Assembly (NCBI GenBank): GCA_963843555.1
Contig: CAWJKV010000005.1
Coordinates: 64,001-128,000 of the forward strand
Source of the DNA: an uncultured Methanosarcinales archaeon
GTDB taxonomy: Archaea > Halobacteriota > Methanosarcinia > Methanotrichales > Methanotrichaceae
DNA: 64,000 nucleotides
Direction of reading: 5' to 3'
How positions within the stretch are numbered: position 1 is the first letter of the stretch; each line of letters opens with the position of its first letter. The notes under the pieces are model-generated. The model was not told the DNA's origin, searched no databases, and saw only the letters and a list, made by a program, of their open reading frames with translations. Position numbers and translations under genes: made by a program. Below are positions 1-12,549 of this stretch, in pieces.

Positions 1-55
1 ATCAAGACCTCTGGATGTGACTATTCCGCCGTTCCAGAAGGATTCTGATTTCTAA

Positions 56-1111
56 ATGACTCTTCAACAGGAAGGCGCCATCACCTTCGAGACCGAGGGA
101 GCCTTTTACAATCCCAAGATGATGCTCAATCGAGATATCGGCGTGGCTATGGCCCGGGCACTGAGCCTGACAGAGTATCTGGATGCCCTATCTGCCAGCG
201 GAATTCGCGGTCTGCGGGTGGCGAGAGAGGCGGGCGTAGAGAGAGTGACATTGAACGACTTTAGCCCCCAGGCCTACCAGCTTATACTGAAAAATGTGGC
301 CAGAAATGATCTCTGCTGCACAGTCACCGAACGAAACGCCAATGTTCTCCTGCATGAGCAGCACTTTCAAGCCGTGGATCTTGACCCATTCGGCTCGCCA
401 TCATCCTACCTTCCTGCTGCCAGCAGATCAGCCCAATCCTATCTATTCATTACCGCCACAGACACGGCGCCTCTTTGCGGCGCTCATCTCAAGAGTGGTA
501 TTCGCAAGTATATGACAGTGCCTTTGCGCACAGACTATCACCGGGAGATGGGGGCCAGAGTCCTCCTCGGCCTGGCGGCGCGGGAATTGGCGCGGCTGGA
601 TAAGAGCCCGGCCCCCATGCTCACCCACGTTACAGACCATTATGTGCGCACTTACCTTCGCGTGATCAAGGGCGCAAGAGCTGCGGACAAATGTTTGGAG
701 TCCCTGGGATATGTCGAGCACTGCCGGAGCTGCGGCGGCTTTGCTCTGCTCAATGATCCACATCCAACGGGCACATGCGGCCACTGTGGTGGCAAGACCA
801 CATTGGCCGGACCCCTGTGGCTGGGCAGGATACAGGAGCCGGATGCTATCCATAACGCCCTAGCCGGGCCTGGCTTGAGCCGGAGAGCCGAAAAGCTCCT
901 CTGCGCCTGCGCGAGGGAGGTGGAGGCACCCATGTACTATGACCATCATAGTATCTGCGAGAGGCTAAACATCACTCCAGGCAAGATAGACGATGTCGTG
1001 CAAAGGCTGCAACGGGCGGGCCGTCAAGCTTCCCGCACACATTTCAATGGACTGGGCATAAAGACCGACGCCGCTATCCGTGAGGTAGAAGAGGCTGTGA
1101 AGCTAGCTTGA
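56..1111 (+). CDS. trm1: tRNA (guanine(26)-N2)-dimethyltransferase
   Basis: FYNPKM..NRD, DALSASGIRGLR, DLDPFGSP, ITATDTAPLCG, Zn-finger CxxC..CxxC and GPLWLG motifs. Confidence 0.95.
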   Translation: MTLQQEGAITFETEGAFYNPKMMLNRDIGVAMARALSLTEYLDALSASGIRGLRVAREAGVERVTLNDFSPQAYQLILKNVARNDLCCTVTERNANVLLHEQHFQAVDLDPFGSPSSYLPAASRSAQSYLFITATDTAPLCGAHLKSGIRKYMTVPLRTDYHREMGARVLLGLAARELARLDKSPAPMLTHVTDHYVRTYLRVIKGARAADKCLESLGYVEHCRSCGGFALLNDPHPTGTCGHCGGKTTLAGPLWLGRIQEPDAIHNALAGPGLSRRAEKLLCACAREVEAPMYYDHHSICERLNITPGKIDDVVQRLQRAGRQASRTHFNGLGIKTDAAIREVEEAVKLA

Positions 1112-1401
1112 TTTTTAAAAGATTATAAAAAAGTCGGATCTGTTTTCCACCTAAAACTTAATAAAGGAGAAGAGACCTAATAGTGATAGCTGCATTATGA
1201 TAGGATAATGCAGAAGATCGCGGCACGAGGTGACGTTTATTACCCCCTTCATTGCTACTCCCTTTCGCATCTCGTGCCATCCCTTGTTACATTTTAGCGA
1301 ATCAATAAAATGCAATTGACGTCTCTTCGTGATACCGTCCAACCCTATTCCAGACTAATTGGCGCAAAACGGTAAAATAATGGTGAGATAATGCCCCTGG
1401 C

Positions 1402-2058
1402 ATGAAGATTGCCCTAGTTGGCGGTACCGGCGATATTGGGACCGGCTTTGCCGTGCGCTTTATGCAAAATCATGAGATCATAATAGGATCACGTAAAATT
1501 GATAAGGCCAAGGAAAGTGCCGCTGCAGTTATGCAACTTCCCGACGCAAAGGGAAATGTCTGGGGCACTGATAACGGCAGCGCAGTTGCCGCGGCGGATG
1601 TCGTCTTGCTTTGCGTGCCCTATGAAAATCTGAATTCAGTGACCTCGGATCTGCTGGCCTCGTACAACAGTCAGCTCGTCATTTCTCCCGTGGTTCCCAT
1701 GAGCTACAACGGCAAGTTCTTCCAGTTCAATCCCCCGGCTGAAGGCAGCGCTGCCATGCAGGTGAAGTCGCTGCTTCCGGAAGGCATGAGAATCGTCTCT
1801 GCTTTTCATACCATCTGCGCCGCGGCTCTGCAGGCCAGGGACCGGGTGCTGAAAGCCGATGTTCTTATCTGCGGCGACGATGCCGAGGCCATAGACATTG
1901 CTGTGGGCTTGACAGGGGAGATTAAGAGCCTGCGGCCGCTGAGAGCGGGTCCACTGGCAACTTCAGCCCTGGTGGAAAGCCTGACACCCATGCTACTCAA
2001 TGTGGCCCGCAGAAACAAGATAAAGAATGCCGGCATAACCATAGTATCTGAGAGTTAG
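1402..2058 (+). CDS. npdG: NADPH-dependent F420 reductase (F420H2:NADP+ oxidoreductase)
   Basis: MKIALVGGTGDIG, IIGSR, EGSAA, SAFHTI, VESLTP motifs; 218 aa. Confidence 0.92.
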   Translation: MKIALVGGTGDIGTGFAVRFMQNHEIIIGSRKIDKAKESAAAVMQLPDAKGNVWGTDNGSAVAAADVVLLCVPYENLNSVTSDLLASYNSQLVISPVVPMSYNGKFFQFNPPAEGSAAMQVKSLLPEGMRIVSAFHTICAAALQARDRVLKADVLICGDDAEAIDIAVGLTGEIKSLRPLRAGPLATSALVESLTPMLLNVARRNKIKNAGITIVSES

Positions 2059-2077
2059 CCTGGTACGTTGATCATTT

Positions 2078-3307
2078 TTATATGAGAATTTTAGATATTA
2101 TCTCATTCAGAATCTCCATCGCCAGGCTCCACAGCTCCCCCAGTTGGATTAGCCCTGCCCTCTGAAAGATGATACCAGCAACGATAACCCCGGCTACGGC
2201 ACCCAAATTCGACAGCGTCGTCACCAGGATGACCTTGCCGAAGCGGTTTTGCCTCATCTCCCCAAAGTTATCCGATAGAGCCAGGCGCTTCAGATCCGCC
2301 ACGGTTGGCTTGATCTTCCAGGCTTCGACCATCCCGGCAAACCAGCCTGCGGCTATGAAGGGAATGAGAGTCGTCATCCAGGCCACCGCGAGTGCAGTCA
2401 GCGCAGAGAGGGGATGGCCCCGGGCCAGGACCACGCCTAAAGCAGATAGCCCTCCAGTGGCAACAACCCATATGGCAATGACCAAAAGACCGTTCTGGCT
2501 CTCTTGGGCCGCGACCAGAACCAGGCAGACGATCGCCAGGACGATCAGGCTCACAAGCACACCCAATACCCTGAAGAGGGTGATTCTCTTCTTAGGTCGC
2601 TCTATCAAGCCTTCCATGGCTGGAATATCTTCAGGATGCGCCAGATGGTGGGCTATGCCCTCTCTATGACCTGCCCCCACAACCGCAAGCACTCGTCCCT
2701 GTTTAGAGAGCAGAATCAGGTTCCGGGCCAGGAAGGCGTCGCGCTCATCGATGAGTGCATTCGCGGCTCCCGGAGAGATCTTGCGAAACTCGCCGATCAT
2801 CTGGGAGACTATATCTTCTTGAGTGATGCTATCGATATCAATCTCTTCTTTACCACCCCAGCCGATGGCCGCCGGGATCAAGGAACCGGCCAGCTTGACC
2901 TTACCCCAAAATCCCATAGCCGACCAGAAACGTTGAATGGTTATGCCCACGTCCCTGTCCACGAGTGCCACGCGCGCGCCCGTTCTCTTCGCCGTCTCGA
3001 TGGCCGCCAGCATCTCTGAACCCGGCTTGACCCCCATCTCATTGCCGATCTTTCGCTGGATATAAGCAAGGAGCAACTGCACCAGGAAGAAAGAGAGCTT
3101 TCCGCCGCTCAAGAGCTCGCTGATCTTGATCTCTTTCTCCTCTTCCTGGCCAGTCAGCGCCCTGTAGCGGGCAGGACATAGCTCCACGGCCACGATATCG
3201 GGCCGAACCTCCTCTATCTTGCTGACTACCTCCTGGACGCTCTTCTCAGAGACATGAGCCGTTCCTACTATGACGATCTCATGGGATTCGCCTTCGGTCA
3301 GGTTCAA
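2078..3307 (-). CDS. TraB/GumN family protein with C-terminal membrane domain
   Basis: VGTAHVS, VAVELC, PGSEM, LVDRD, LIDERD, VVGAGH motifs followed by TM helices. Confidence 0.9.
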   Translation of the reverse strand: MNLTEGESHEIVIVGTAHVSEKSVQEVVSKIEEVRPDIVAVELCPARYRALTGQEEEKEIKISELLSGGKLSFFLVQLLLAYIQRKIGNEMGVKPGSEMLAAIETAKRTGARVALVDRDVGITIQRFWSAMGFWGKVKLAGSLIPAAIGWGGKEEIDIDSITQEDIVSQMIGEFRKISPGAANALIDERDAFLARNLILLSKQGRVLAVVGAGHREGIAHHLAHPEDIPAMEGLIERPKKRITLFRVLGVLVSLIVLAIVCLVLVAAQESQNGLLVIAIWVVATGGLSALGVVLARGHPLSALTALAVAWMTTLIPFIAAGWFAGMVEAWKIKPTVADLKRLALSDNFGEMRQNRFGKVILVTTLSNLGAVAGVIVAGIIFQRAGLIQLGELWSLAMEILNEIISKILI

Positions 3308-3382
3308 TTGCGCCTTCGGACTCCACTATCTGGCAGGGAAGCACTGCTTCAACTTTATTTTCTTCCAAGTTCTCCAAATCGA

Positions 3383-4490
3383 TTACCTCTTAAAATCCTG
3401 CCCGGAGCTTAGCTCAATGGCCCTGACCAGGTCCTCCCTGGAGACAATGCCCACCAGCCGGCCGTTGTCCATCACAGGCAATCGGCGAATTTGCATATCG
3501 TTCATCATCTTCATGGCAGTTGATGCCTCATCCAGAGGGGCGATCACATATAACTTTCTTGCCATCACCTTTTCGACGCTGGTGCTGGAAAGCAGCTCAT
3601 CCGGAACGCTCTGCAGGTTGGTTAAGGTTACAATTCCGAGCATTTCATCTCCAGACATGACTGGATAGCCTCTATGCTTTTCCAGGAACATCAGTTCCTT
3701 CAGCTCCTGGAGTGTCGTATCGGGGGCCACGGTGCGCACCTCAGGGGACATGATGTTTTTGACTTTTATGCCCTCCAGGCTGACACTGATCTCCGTCGCT
3801 TTCTCCTCTTCCGAAGCTCCGACGTAGACGAAGAACGCCACAAAGAGAAGCATGAAGTTGAAGGAGAACAGGCCGAGCACAAACATCAGTATCGCGAACA
3901 TCTTTCCAATACCGGCCGCATTCCTGGTAGCTCTTATGTACGGCATGCGGGTGGCAAACCAGGCCCGCAAGAGCCGGCCGCCGTCCATGGGAAAGGCAGG
4001 GATGAGATTGAAGATCATGAGGATGAGGTTCATGAGGCCCAGGGTCCAGAGAATGATGGCCGCAGCACTGCCATCTCTGAGCAGGGAGGCCAATAGAACA
4101 GAGACCAATCCTATGACGCCGCTGACCGCCGGCCCGGCAAAAGCCATCTGCAGCTCCAGGCGGGGATTGCGGGGGATCTCCTCTAAAGCGGAGACTCCGC
4201 CGAAGAAGTAGAGCGTTATGCTCTTTATCTCTATGCCGTTCTTGCGAGCGATATAGGAATGGCCCAGCTCATGCAGAGCTACGCAGGCGAAGAGCACTAC
4301 GGCAAAGACCAGAGAATAGGTCCATCTGAGGCTGACGGGCTCAATGCTTCCTAAACCATATGTCCTGCCCAGAGACCTGCTGGTTGATAGAGGCAAAGGC
4401 CCAGGCAAATAAAGGGATGACCAGGAGAAAAGTCCAGTGCAGCCGGACGGGTATTCCCATGATCTTACCCAATTGCAGAGAGGAATTCAT
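3383..4490 (-). CDS. Site-2 (M50) metalloprotease with CBS pair; frameshift near 4390
   Basis: HELGH and NLIPAFPMDGG motifs, CBS pair; N-terminus MNSSLQLGKIMGIPVRLHWTF lies in another frame starting at ATG 4490. Confidence 0.88.
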
Positions 4491-4914
4491 TCTTTAGCTT
4501 TAGTGCTCCTGCATTAATAGATCTTTTGATAACTTATCGCCCGAATATCGATCTGCTGGCAAAATGCAATCCTCAATAATTTATTAAGTGAGCGGGTAGG
4601 AGAGTGGGGGTTCAGTGTGGATTTTAAAAACTAGGATTACCCGCTCAAGTCAATGGAGTGGCGATAAAGATATAAATTTTTCCCCTGAAACATTTGAGAT
4701 TTTTACGAGGACAATTTCGCCGCATAAGGGCATCCTTCACAATCAGTGATTAGCGAGGTCGTCCGAAGCACTCCAGACAACCCCGATTTCAGGAAATGGG
4801 CATCTGATCCCACATAAGGCATCTCGATCAGAGGGGACGAATATACATATAGATATATATTTTGAAGATTGAACCAAGTGTAATTCTGAGATATAGTTAA
4901 ATATATAAATATAT

Positions 4915-5514
4915 TTATAAGATATCTTTCTCCTTATTCATTTCCATCCTGGCATTGCTGGGATAGACTCTTACCAGATATCTCACCTGAGAGCTATGCT
5001 CAGCCATACAGGCCGCAGGTAAAGGCCTCGCTTAAATTCATTCCGGAGGCAAATACGCCATGGCCGCGAGCAATACAGGCCTTGTGGCTCTGCAATGCCA
5101 TCGATACAGCTTTAGCAAGACGATCCGATCCAAAATGACCTTCAACAATGGGCATGGCCCCTAAGAAGAGGATGCCTTCGCTGTCAAGGGGTTCTACTGA
5201 ATCACTTTCCAGTAGAGGATAGAGCTACAGCATAGGGAGAGTGAGTGTGGATGAGGGCCTTAATTGAGGTGCTCTGATAGATCGCTCTGTGAACACAAGT
5301 CTCGCTGCTGGCCACCTTATCCCAAGGCGCAGGGACAATTCAGATCCACTTCCACCACATGGGACTCATCCAGCTCGTCCAGCATCGAGCCCGTGCAGGT
5401 GATGGATATCTTCTCCCCCTGACATAAACTGATATTTCCGAACCGAGAGCTTGTAAGGCCCGAGGCCACCACTTTTTTGCCGAACTTCGCAATCTCCTGC
5501 CATGCTACTGACAT
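4915..5514 (-). CDS. Class II aldolase/adducin family protein (frameshifted)
   Basis: GNIS, ITCTGS, then HTHSPYA and ARGHGVF in other frames; end approximate. Confidence 0.8.
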
Positions 5515-5521
5515 ACCAGCC

Positions 5522-7398
5522 TCAAGCCTTTTTCCGCAAATGGAAAGGGACCGCCTTTGATTCCACCTCTCCGAATTTTCCCTCTAAATCGACAGCTACC
5601 TGGTAGTCGCCGGGCGTCCAGAAGCTCGTCTCCCAGCGGGCAGAGAAGATACCGTTGCCGTCTAAGTCGTCCATGGGGATCTCGAGCGTTCTGTCCGGAC
5701 CCAGGATGTTTGTGCTTATGGTCTTGATATCGCCAGAGGCGCTCGCTTCGATCATCACCGGCTCGCCTGCAGAGGCATCTTCCCGGTTCAGCTTAATCTC
5801 CTTGAGATCCGGAGGAGATAGCCTCGAGATGAGGCATCAATGCTGGCAAGGGCCCGGGTCAAATTAAGCGCCCCATAGCCGTAGACATTATCCTGCCCGG
5901 ACGGCCCCAGGTCGTCCGCAGTCTTGAGCAGTATCCTCTTCACATCGGCGGGCTCCAGATCAGGCCGGACCTCCAGCAGAACGGCAGAGGCTCCCGAGAC
6001 CTGAGGAACGGCCATAGAGGTGCCGCTCACTGAGCTCTGGCCATTCTTCGATCCCGCCAGGGCCGAGACCACATCCACACCCAGAGTGACCAGATCAGGC
6101 TTGGTCTCGCCTTTGGCAGTAGGCCCGCGTGAAGACAGGTCGAAGATAGAGCCGGAATCGTCTATGGCACCCACCGTTATCACATTCTCGGCATCTCCTG
6201 GAATGACAATGGACGAAGGAGCGGGACCGGAGTTCCCGGCAGCTACGCACATGATAAGTCCCTTTTCGACCATCTTGTCACAGGCGTCATCCAGGAGAGA
6301 CGTTCCATCAGAAGGGTTCTCACCACCGACGCTAAAGGATACCACCTTTATTCCATAACGATCCTTATTTTCCAGGCACCAGTCCAGTGCTTTGAGGGCA
6401 TCGGATAGGTAGCATGCCCCATCCCGGTCCATGACTTTTATTACTACCAGCTTCGCCCCTGGCGCCACTCCCGTCCCCTTCTCCCCAGCAACGAGGCTGG
6501 CGCAATGAGTGCCATGTCCATTGTCATCGTAGGCCGCCGTTTGATTGTTCACGAAGTCCTTGAAGGCCACGATTTTGTCGTTCAAGCTATCGTGATCTGC
6601 ATCTGCTCCGGTATCGATGAGTGCCACAGTCACACCATTTCCGGTACGGCCGCCATTCTTTCTCGGATCATCGATGATTGCCGGCCCGGATGACGATTTG
6701 CTGGAGCCGCTCTCCTGCGATCCCAGCACCTTCAGCTTCTGGTCCTTGTAGATGCCCTTGACACCATCCGTCCTGGCTATCTTCTCCAGCTTGTCTGCCG
6801 GCACAGTTAACGCGCTCCCCGGCAGGATACTGAGGCTATCTTGCTTTGCAGAGGCAACACCCGTCAGGTTGCCGTCATGGAGGACTATTACCTTCAGATC
6901 CCTGGCGCCTTGCTTCTCCAGGCTGTCCTCGATTCCGTTGCCGTTGAGATCATTGGGATCGCGAATAGTTAACTTTCGGGACTCATCCTTTGCAGCATTT
7001 CCGTTTTTGTCGATGGCGATAATTGTCACATTGAAGGTTCCGGGCGGCAAATTGGAACCACAGTAGCCGGTGTATCTGTCATCGTGGTTCAGATCCAGCA
7101 TGAGGTTCATGCGATTGCCTACATCAGCGTAAACCATCTCAATGCCGCCAGTATCATAGACGAAGGCGTTGATCTCGCTTCTGGGAGAGCCGATCTTCAG
7201 CGACGAGGGGCTTACGCTCACGCCATAAATGGACGGCGGCATGCCGTCATCGATGTTTGGCTTGAAGTAGTTGTTATACTCTTTCTGAAACCAGATAGTG
7301 GCCTTGTTATTCTCAAGTGCATTTTGCACGGGAAAAGCTGCCGCACTGCTAACCAGACAGGCCACCAGAACAAAATAGAGCAATAGGCTGGAGTTCAC
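5522..7398 (-). CDS. Secreted subtilisin-like S8 serine protease with Ig-like flanking domains (frameshift near 5800)
   Basis: Signal peptide; triad motifs IDTG, HGTHCA, SGTSMA; oxyanion AAGNSG; C-terminal part in ORF 5522-5758. Confidence 0.9.
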
Positions 7399-7444
7399 AC
7401 TTAACTCCAGCTATTAATTTTCAATATTCTTATATTTACTGGTG

Positions 7445-8997
7445 TCAAACGACTTCGATCTCCATGGCATCAGTGAAGGTCTTGTTGAGATTTTCTAGAG
7501 AAGCCACAATGTCGACCTTATAGATCCCGGCCGCGGCATTGGCATTCCAAATTCCTGCAAACTCGTCTCCAGAGATGCGCTTCACTATCACCTTGGACAC
7601 AGGGTCTCCGTTCGAATTCTTTACCATGGCCAGGACTGTGAATCCCTTGTTGGCAGCGCTTTTTTGGGCCTGGGATGAGGAGCCTATCTGTCACCACACC
7701 ACCAGTGCTGCTGAGATCGGCATACCCCTGCGGCGAGCCGAATCCGCAGGTGGCACACCCTTTGATGGTCAGAACGGTCTCGTTGGCGACCTTGGATTGC
7801 TCCGGAGTACCGTTGGTGCTCAGGTTCTTCTCCTTGAAGACAACCGTCATCTGGACGACATCTCCAATCCTGGCCAGGATTGGGCGAAGCCCTCGCTTCC
7901 TGCAGTTCGATGTTGAGCTGCGGCTGATTGGCCTGCCAATCCTGCCAGGAGTAAATTCTGGCATCATAACCGAGGAGCGTCAGGGCAAGCCAGGTCATGG
8001 AGGCCTTGACACCGGTATTGGTGTAGACGACTATGGGCTTATCCTTTGGCAGCGAGGAGAATAGCTTTTGCAGTGCTGCCTCGTCCTTGATCTTTTGCCG
8101 TCCAGGACGCTGTCATAGGGAATATTGACGGCATTCGGTATCGATCCGGCATTGAACTCGGCAGGTGTTCTGGCGTCGACGATCAAAGGCATATTGCTAT
8201 GTACGTACTCGTAAGTGGCCAGGAGATCGGCCTTAATGGATGGATTGTAGCTCTTGGGAGAGAGGACGGCAGGCTCTGTCACTGTGGGTTGCCTTGCCGC
8301 CACCCAGTCGTCTATGCCTCCGTCCAGCAGTTTGACATTCTCATGTCCCAGATACTTCATGATCCAGTAGACATAAGCTGCTGCCGATGGTCCGCCGCCG
8401 CATGGCTGGCATTCGCCGTAAATGAGCACGGCATCACTCTGGGATATTCCCGCATCACCTAAGATGCGAGCCATCTCGGATATCGGCAAGAGAACTCCAT
8501 CCGGATCAAGGAATTTTGTATAAGGGATGTTTATCGCTCCAGGGATATACTCCGTGGAGTTGGGGCTGATATCAAGAATTATCCCTGAATTATTGGCACT
8601 CTCCAGAGGAACCAGGATTGAAGCGCAGCTTCGGGCTTCTCTCGGGCCAGGGTTTGCTATTGGAAGCCACTACATCGGAGGCCGCCCCATGAGATGGGCT
8701 CGAATCTGGTGGGCTTCTATTCGGATTCGTTTATCCGATGCTTTGCCATTATTTTCCGCCTGACGAGCTGACTCGCTGGAGTACTGGGGCGAGATCAGGC
8801 CATTGGCGCTGGTTATTACTCCGGCGTAGTGGCATTCTCATCCCCCATAAACACTGCCCACTCGGAATTCAGCACGTCCTGTTGAGCAGTGGCAGATCCG
8901 CCCTGGCAGGCGCTGCATTCTCCGTTAGCGCTGGAGACCAGAGCGACGAAACTGCAACTAACATCAGGGCAATGCCAGCGGTTCTAATTATCTTCAT
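7445..8997 (-). CDS. Secreted tandem-rhodanese-fold protein with C-terminal Ig-like domain (multiple frameshifts)
   Basis: Signal peptide from ATG 8997; YIPGAINIP, LLDGGIDDW, IVDART, GSIPNAVNIP, LGYDARIY motifs spread over ORFs 8031-8489, 7684-7998, 7518-7967 and 7445-7627. Confidence 0.78.
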
Positions 8998-9017
8998 GCT
9001 TTTGCCTCATTCTCATT

Positions 9018-10143
9018 TCAAGCTGTATTATTGCCTGCATTGGACTGGCTTTCAGCCATCTGATTATACGATAGTCCTCGTAGCTGTAGAGCTTGGCATC
9101 ATAGCCAAGAAGCTCCAGCGCAAACCAGACCACAGATGCTTTGATGCCCGTATTGTCGTAGACTACCACCGGTTGGTTCTTATTCAGGATGTTGAATACC
9201 CGGGCAAGTTTGGTTTCATCCTTGATCCTGCTATTGCTGATAACGCTCTCGTAGGGATGTTGATCGATCCCGGTATGGAGCCAGCCCCAAACTCCTGCAC
9301 AGTTCTTGCGTCTATTATCTGCGCGGACCCGCTCTTCACGTAATCGTAGGTGGCAATTAAATCAGGTGTGAACTGTGCCGTATAGTTTCTGGATGGCTTT
9401 ATGACCGTCTCTTTGCTGACAGGCTTTCCGGCGGTTGGCCCAATTTGTCACTGTTCCGTCCATCACCCGAACGTTCTCCTGGCCCAGAGATTTCAGCATC
9501 CAGTAAACATAAGTCGCCGGACTTGGCCCTCCGCCGCAAGGCAGGCATTCACCATAGACGACCACGGGATCTGTGCGGGATATTCCTGCGTTACCCAGTA
9601 TCCTGGAGATCTCTGGAACTGACAACAAGCTTCCGTTATTCATGAAATGGGTGTAAGGGATGACAATCGATCCCGGAATGTGTTCCGTAGCGTTCTCGCT
9701 GATGTCCAGCAAGATATCGGTACCAGAGACATCCACCATGGGAACCAGCATACCCTTGGCCCCGGTGCTCCGCACGATGGTGTCATTCTCCGGGACGGGT
9801 TTGCTTTTCACCACGATCTTTGCTGCGATGGTCTTCACGGAAACGTTGCTCTTCCGAGGCTGATTGGTCTCATCAGTTGCATTGTCACCGGCAAATCCGG
9901 CCAGGGGTTGTTTCCATATACCCACTCGATTCTTCTGAGCCGTGCTCAGACCTGACATGACTTCAGTCGTTGCAGCGTTGGGGTTACCGATCTGATCAAG
10001 CGCTTTTGCTCCCGACCAACCGGAGTCGCCTGCACATGCGTTACAGATAAGCTTCGGCCCCCAATGCAGCATTTGCCAGCATCAATAACGCTATAAGTGC
10101 TACTATGCCCGCTCCTGCCGAACCATGATCTAAATATTGTCAT
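9018..10143 (-). CDS. Secreted tandem-rhodanese-fold protein, paralog of the adjacent gene (frameshifted)
   Basis: HIPGSIVIP, VYGECLPCGGGPSPATYVYW, IIDART, VVVYDNTG..LLGYDAKLY; boundaries approximate. Confidence 0.78.
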
Positions 10144-11617
10144 TATCTCCCCATTTTAATAAATTTAATATTACTTGTACTCAGGAAAAGCCGCCTCTGG
10201 CTTTCACCGTCACACGCGCCCAAAGTCTCTTGCAGTTCAAACCCTCGTGCGTCTTTCGCATTCAGGACTATATCGTACTCCCCCGGGTCCAGGAGAGCTG
10301 TAGAGAAGGATCCCTGATAGAAATCCCCGGACTGAACCAGTCTGGCGTAGCCTTCTGCCTCCTTTCCCGATTGAAAGGCGCGTGCAGTTACTTGTGTGAT
10401 CTCGTACTTGGATTTTAACTTTGCTTTTACGGCAATACTGTCGCCCACCCTCGCCTCGGTTGGAGTCAGATCCTGGCTAACAATGCTGATCTGTTTGACC
10501 TGGTTGCCCATAACAGGATATTCATCTAGATGCGCTTCTCGCTTACCTTATAGGGCATATCTCCAAAGCCGTCCTTTCCGATGACGTCCTGGTCAGGCCC
10601 CTGCATCTCGTCGCTGCCCTGGTAGTCGCTCCAGAGGTTGCCGCCCCAGGGATAGTCGGCATTCCAGGTATTCGCTCCCCTATCTTCAGCTTGAATTGCA
10701 TTGTCGGCAATGCTATTTCCGTAGATCTGATTCTTGCTCGAATCCAGGAATATTCCTGTCTGGCTATCTGTAATGTTGTTGTAGATGATTGTGTTGCCGT
10801 CGGAATCGCTTTGAATCTGCATTCCATAACGTCCGTTGCCTTTGATCAGGTTCCCTTTGATGGTATTTTGTCCCGACTCCATGAGAACTATTCCAGAGAC
10901 GACGTTGTCCAGCATGCTGTTGTTGAGGATGAGGTTGTCTGTGCAGTTGAAGCGCAGATCCAGACCGGAGTTGGTGTTTCTGGACATGTCATTGAATTCG
11001 ATGACATTTCGGGCACAATCGGTGAACATGTAGAGCCCGTACATGTTTCCTTGCAGCACATTGCCTCTTATGGTATTATTGCTGCAGGACGGGAAGAGGT
11101 TTATGCCGTAAGCGCCGTTGCCATAAGCAACATTATTCGTGATCTGATTGTCATTGGAATTGGAGAGATATATTCCGTACCAACCCTCGCCTACCACGCC
11201 GTTAAAGCTGGCATTGTTCCCAGTGATGGTGTTGCCGTTAGAGAAGAGCAAGGCTATGCCGGGCTGAGCACAATGGATGACGGTGTTGTTGGCGATGGTG
11301 CAACCCATAACATTATTGAGCTTTATCCCATAAAATCCGTCTCTGACTAGGAAGCCGGATATGCGAACGTCGTTGGCCTCTACGTTTACGCAGGCGTCCC
11401 TATTTCCGGCTCGGATAACCGCACCATTCCCCACCAGGTTCAGGCTCTTTTGTACGGTTATTCTGTCATAATCACCCGGCGCTACCTGGAGAGTATCGCC
11501 AACGGAAGCGGCATCTATCGCAGCTTGCAGATTCGAGCTTACGTCTATCGTGGCACCATCCGCGACGGAAGCTATCAGCAAGGCGGCGCAGAAGATGTAA
11601 AAGACTATGTTTCTCAA
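10143..11617 (-). CDS. Secreted NosD/CASH right-handed beta-helix protein with C-terminal Ig-like domain (frameshift near 10530)
   Basis: Signal peptide, LQAAIDAASVGDT, repeated GIxLxxSxxNxIxxN coils, GGNLWSDY..DGFGDMPY; ORF 10143-10511 is the probable continuation. Confidence 0.85.
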
Positions 11618-11807
11618 GCGACCACCGTCACGAAGAGCAGTGGTGAGGTTAATAAAGCTAACGTAGAGGATTTTCCCCTGCAGTTGGTTAACCGTTTCAT
11701 TTAGAAAATATGGCTCATATGGACCAGAAGATCGCCTAACATAAGCTACATATGAAGGTAAGTCTTTTTATTTGCTGGAATATGGTAGTCTAGCGGAGGA
11801 ATCGAAT

Positions 11808-12380
11808 TTGAGATATTTGTATGCACTTATGGGCATTTTCCTGCTCTGGCCGCAGATGCCGCTGCAGGGAGTTTCAAAGCAGAGATGGATGTGGATACCT
11901 ACGTAAATGCGAATGACGCCAACCAGAGCTATGGCGACAGCGATCTCCTCTGGGCGACTTCCGAAAATGGAACGCCTGTGAATGAGACGTATCTCAGCTT
12001 TGTCAACCTCTTTGGATCGCAGAGCATCTTCAAGGCGGAACAGATCAAGTCTGCTACGCTTACTCTTGATGCAGCCGATGTCGAAAAAGCAGGCGAGGTC
12101 ACAGCTTACTTCTTCCACGGAGCGACATTCGACAATGTAAATTGGAATGACAAATCCGAATACGACAGCAATGTTACATCCACGCCAGTCGAAATAGTAA
12201 AGGAAGGCAGCTATGAACTGGACGTGACCTCCATCATCCAGAAGGCAGTCGAAACCTGCACGGAAGGGTGCCCCTACAGCATAATTCTGGTAGCAGAAGA
12301 CGATGCCTCAATTGCATTCACCTCCAGCGAGGGCATCCGATGAGAATAAGCCAATCCTGGAGTATGTCACTGAAGAGTGA
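11808..12380 (+). CDS. Secreted DNRLRE/CBM96-like domain protein (frameshifted at both ends)
   Basis: DTYVNANDANQSYG, IKSATLTL, LDVTSII and FTSSE..NKPIL pattern; signal peptide in an adjacent frame. Confidence 0.6.
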
Positions 12381-12549
12381 AACCAAAAATAGCCCAATTG
12401 CGGTGCCGCAATAGAGACAATTACTGATAGAAATTGTCTTGAGAAACGAATTGATTGGCCGGAGGATGTTTTACCATTCCCCGGCCAAGAGCCCGCGATC
12501 TTTGAATGGTACCTTCCTTTTATATCTCTTATATTCCATAAGGTGGCTG

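Noticed and set aside
1151..1342. 63-aa minus-strand ORF
   Set aside because: AT-rich intergenic sequence with no motif support
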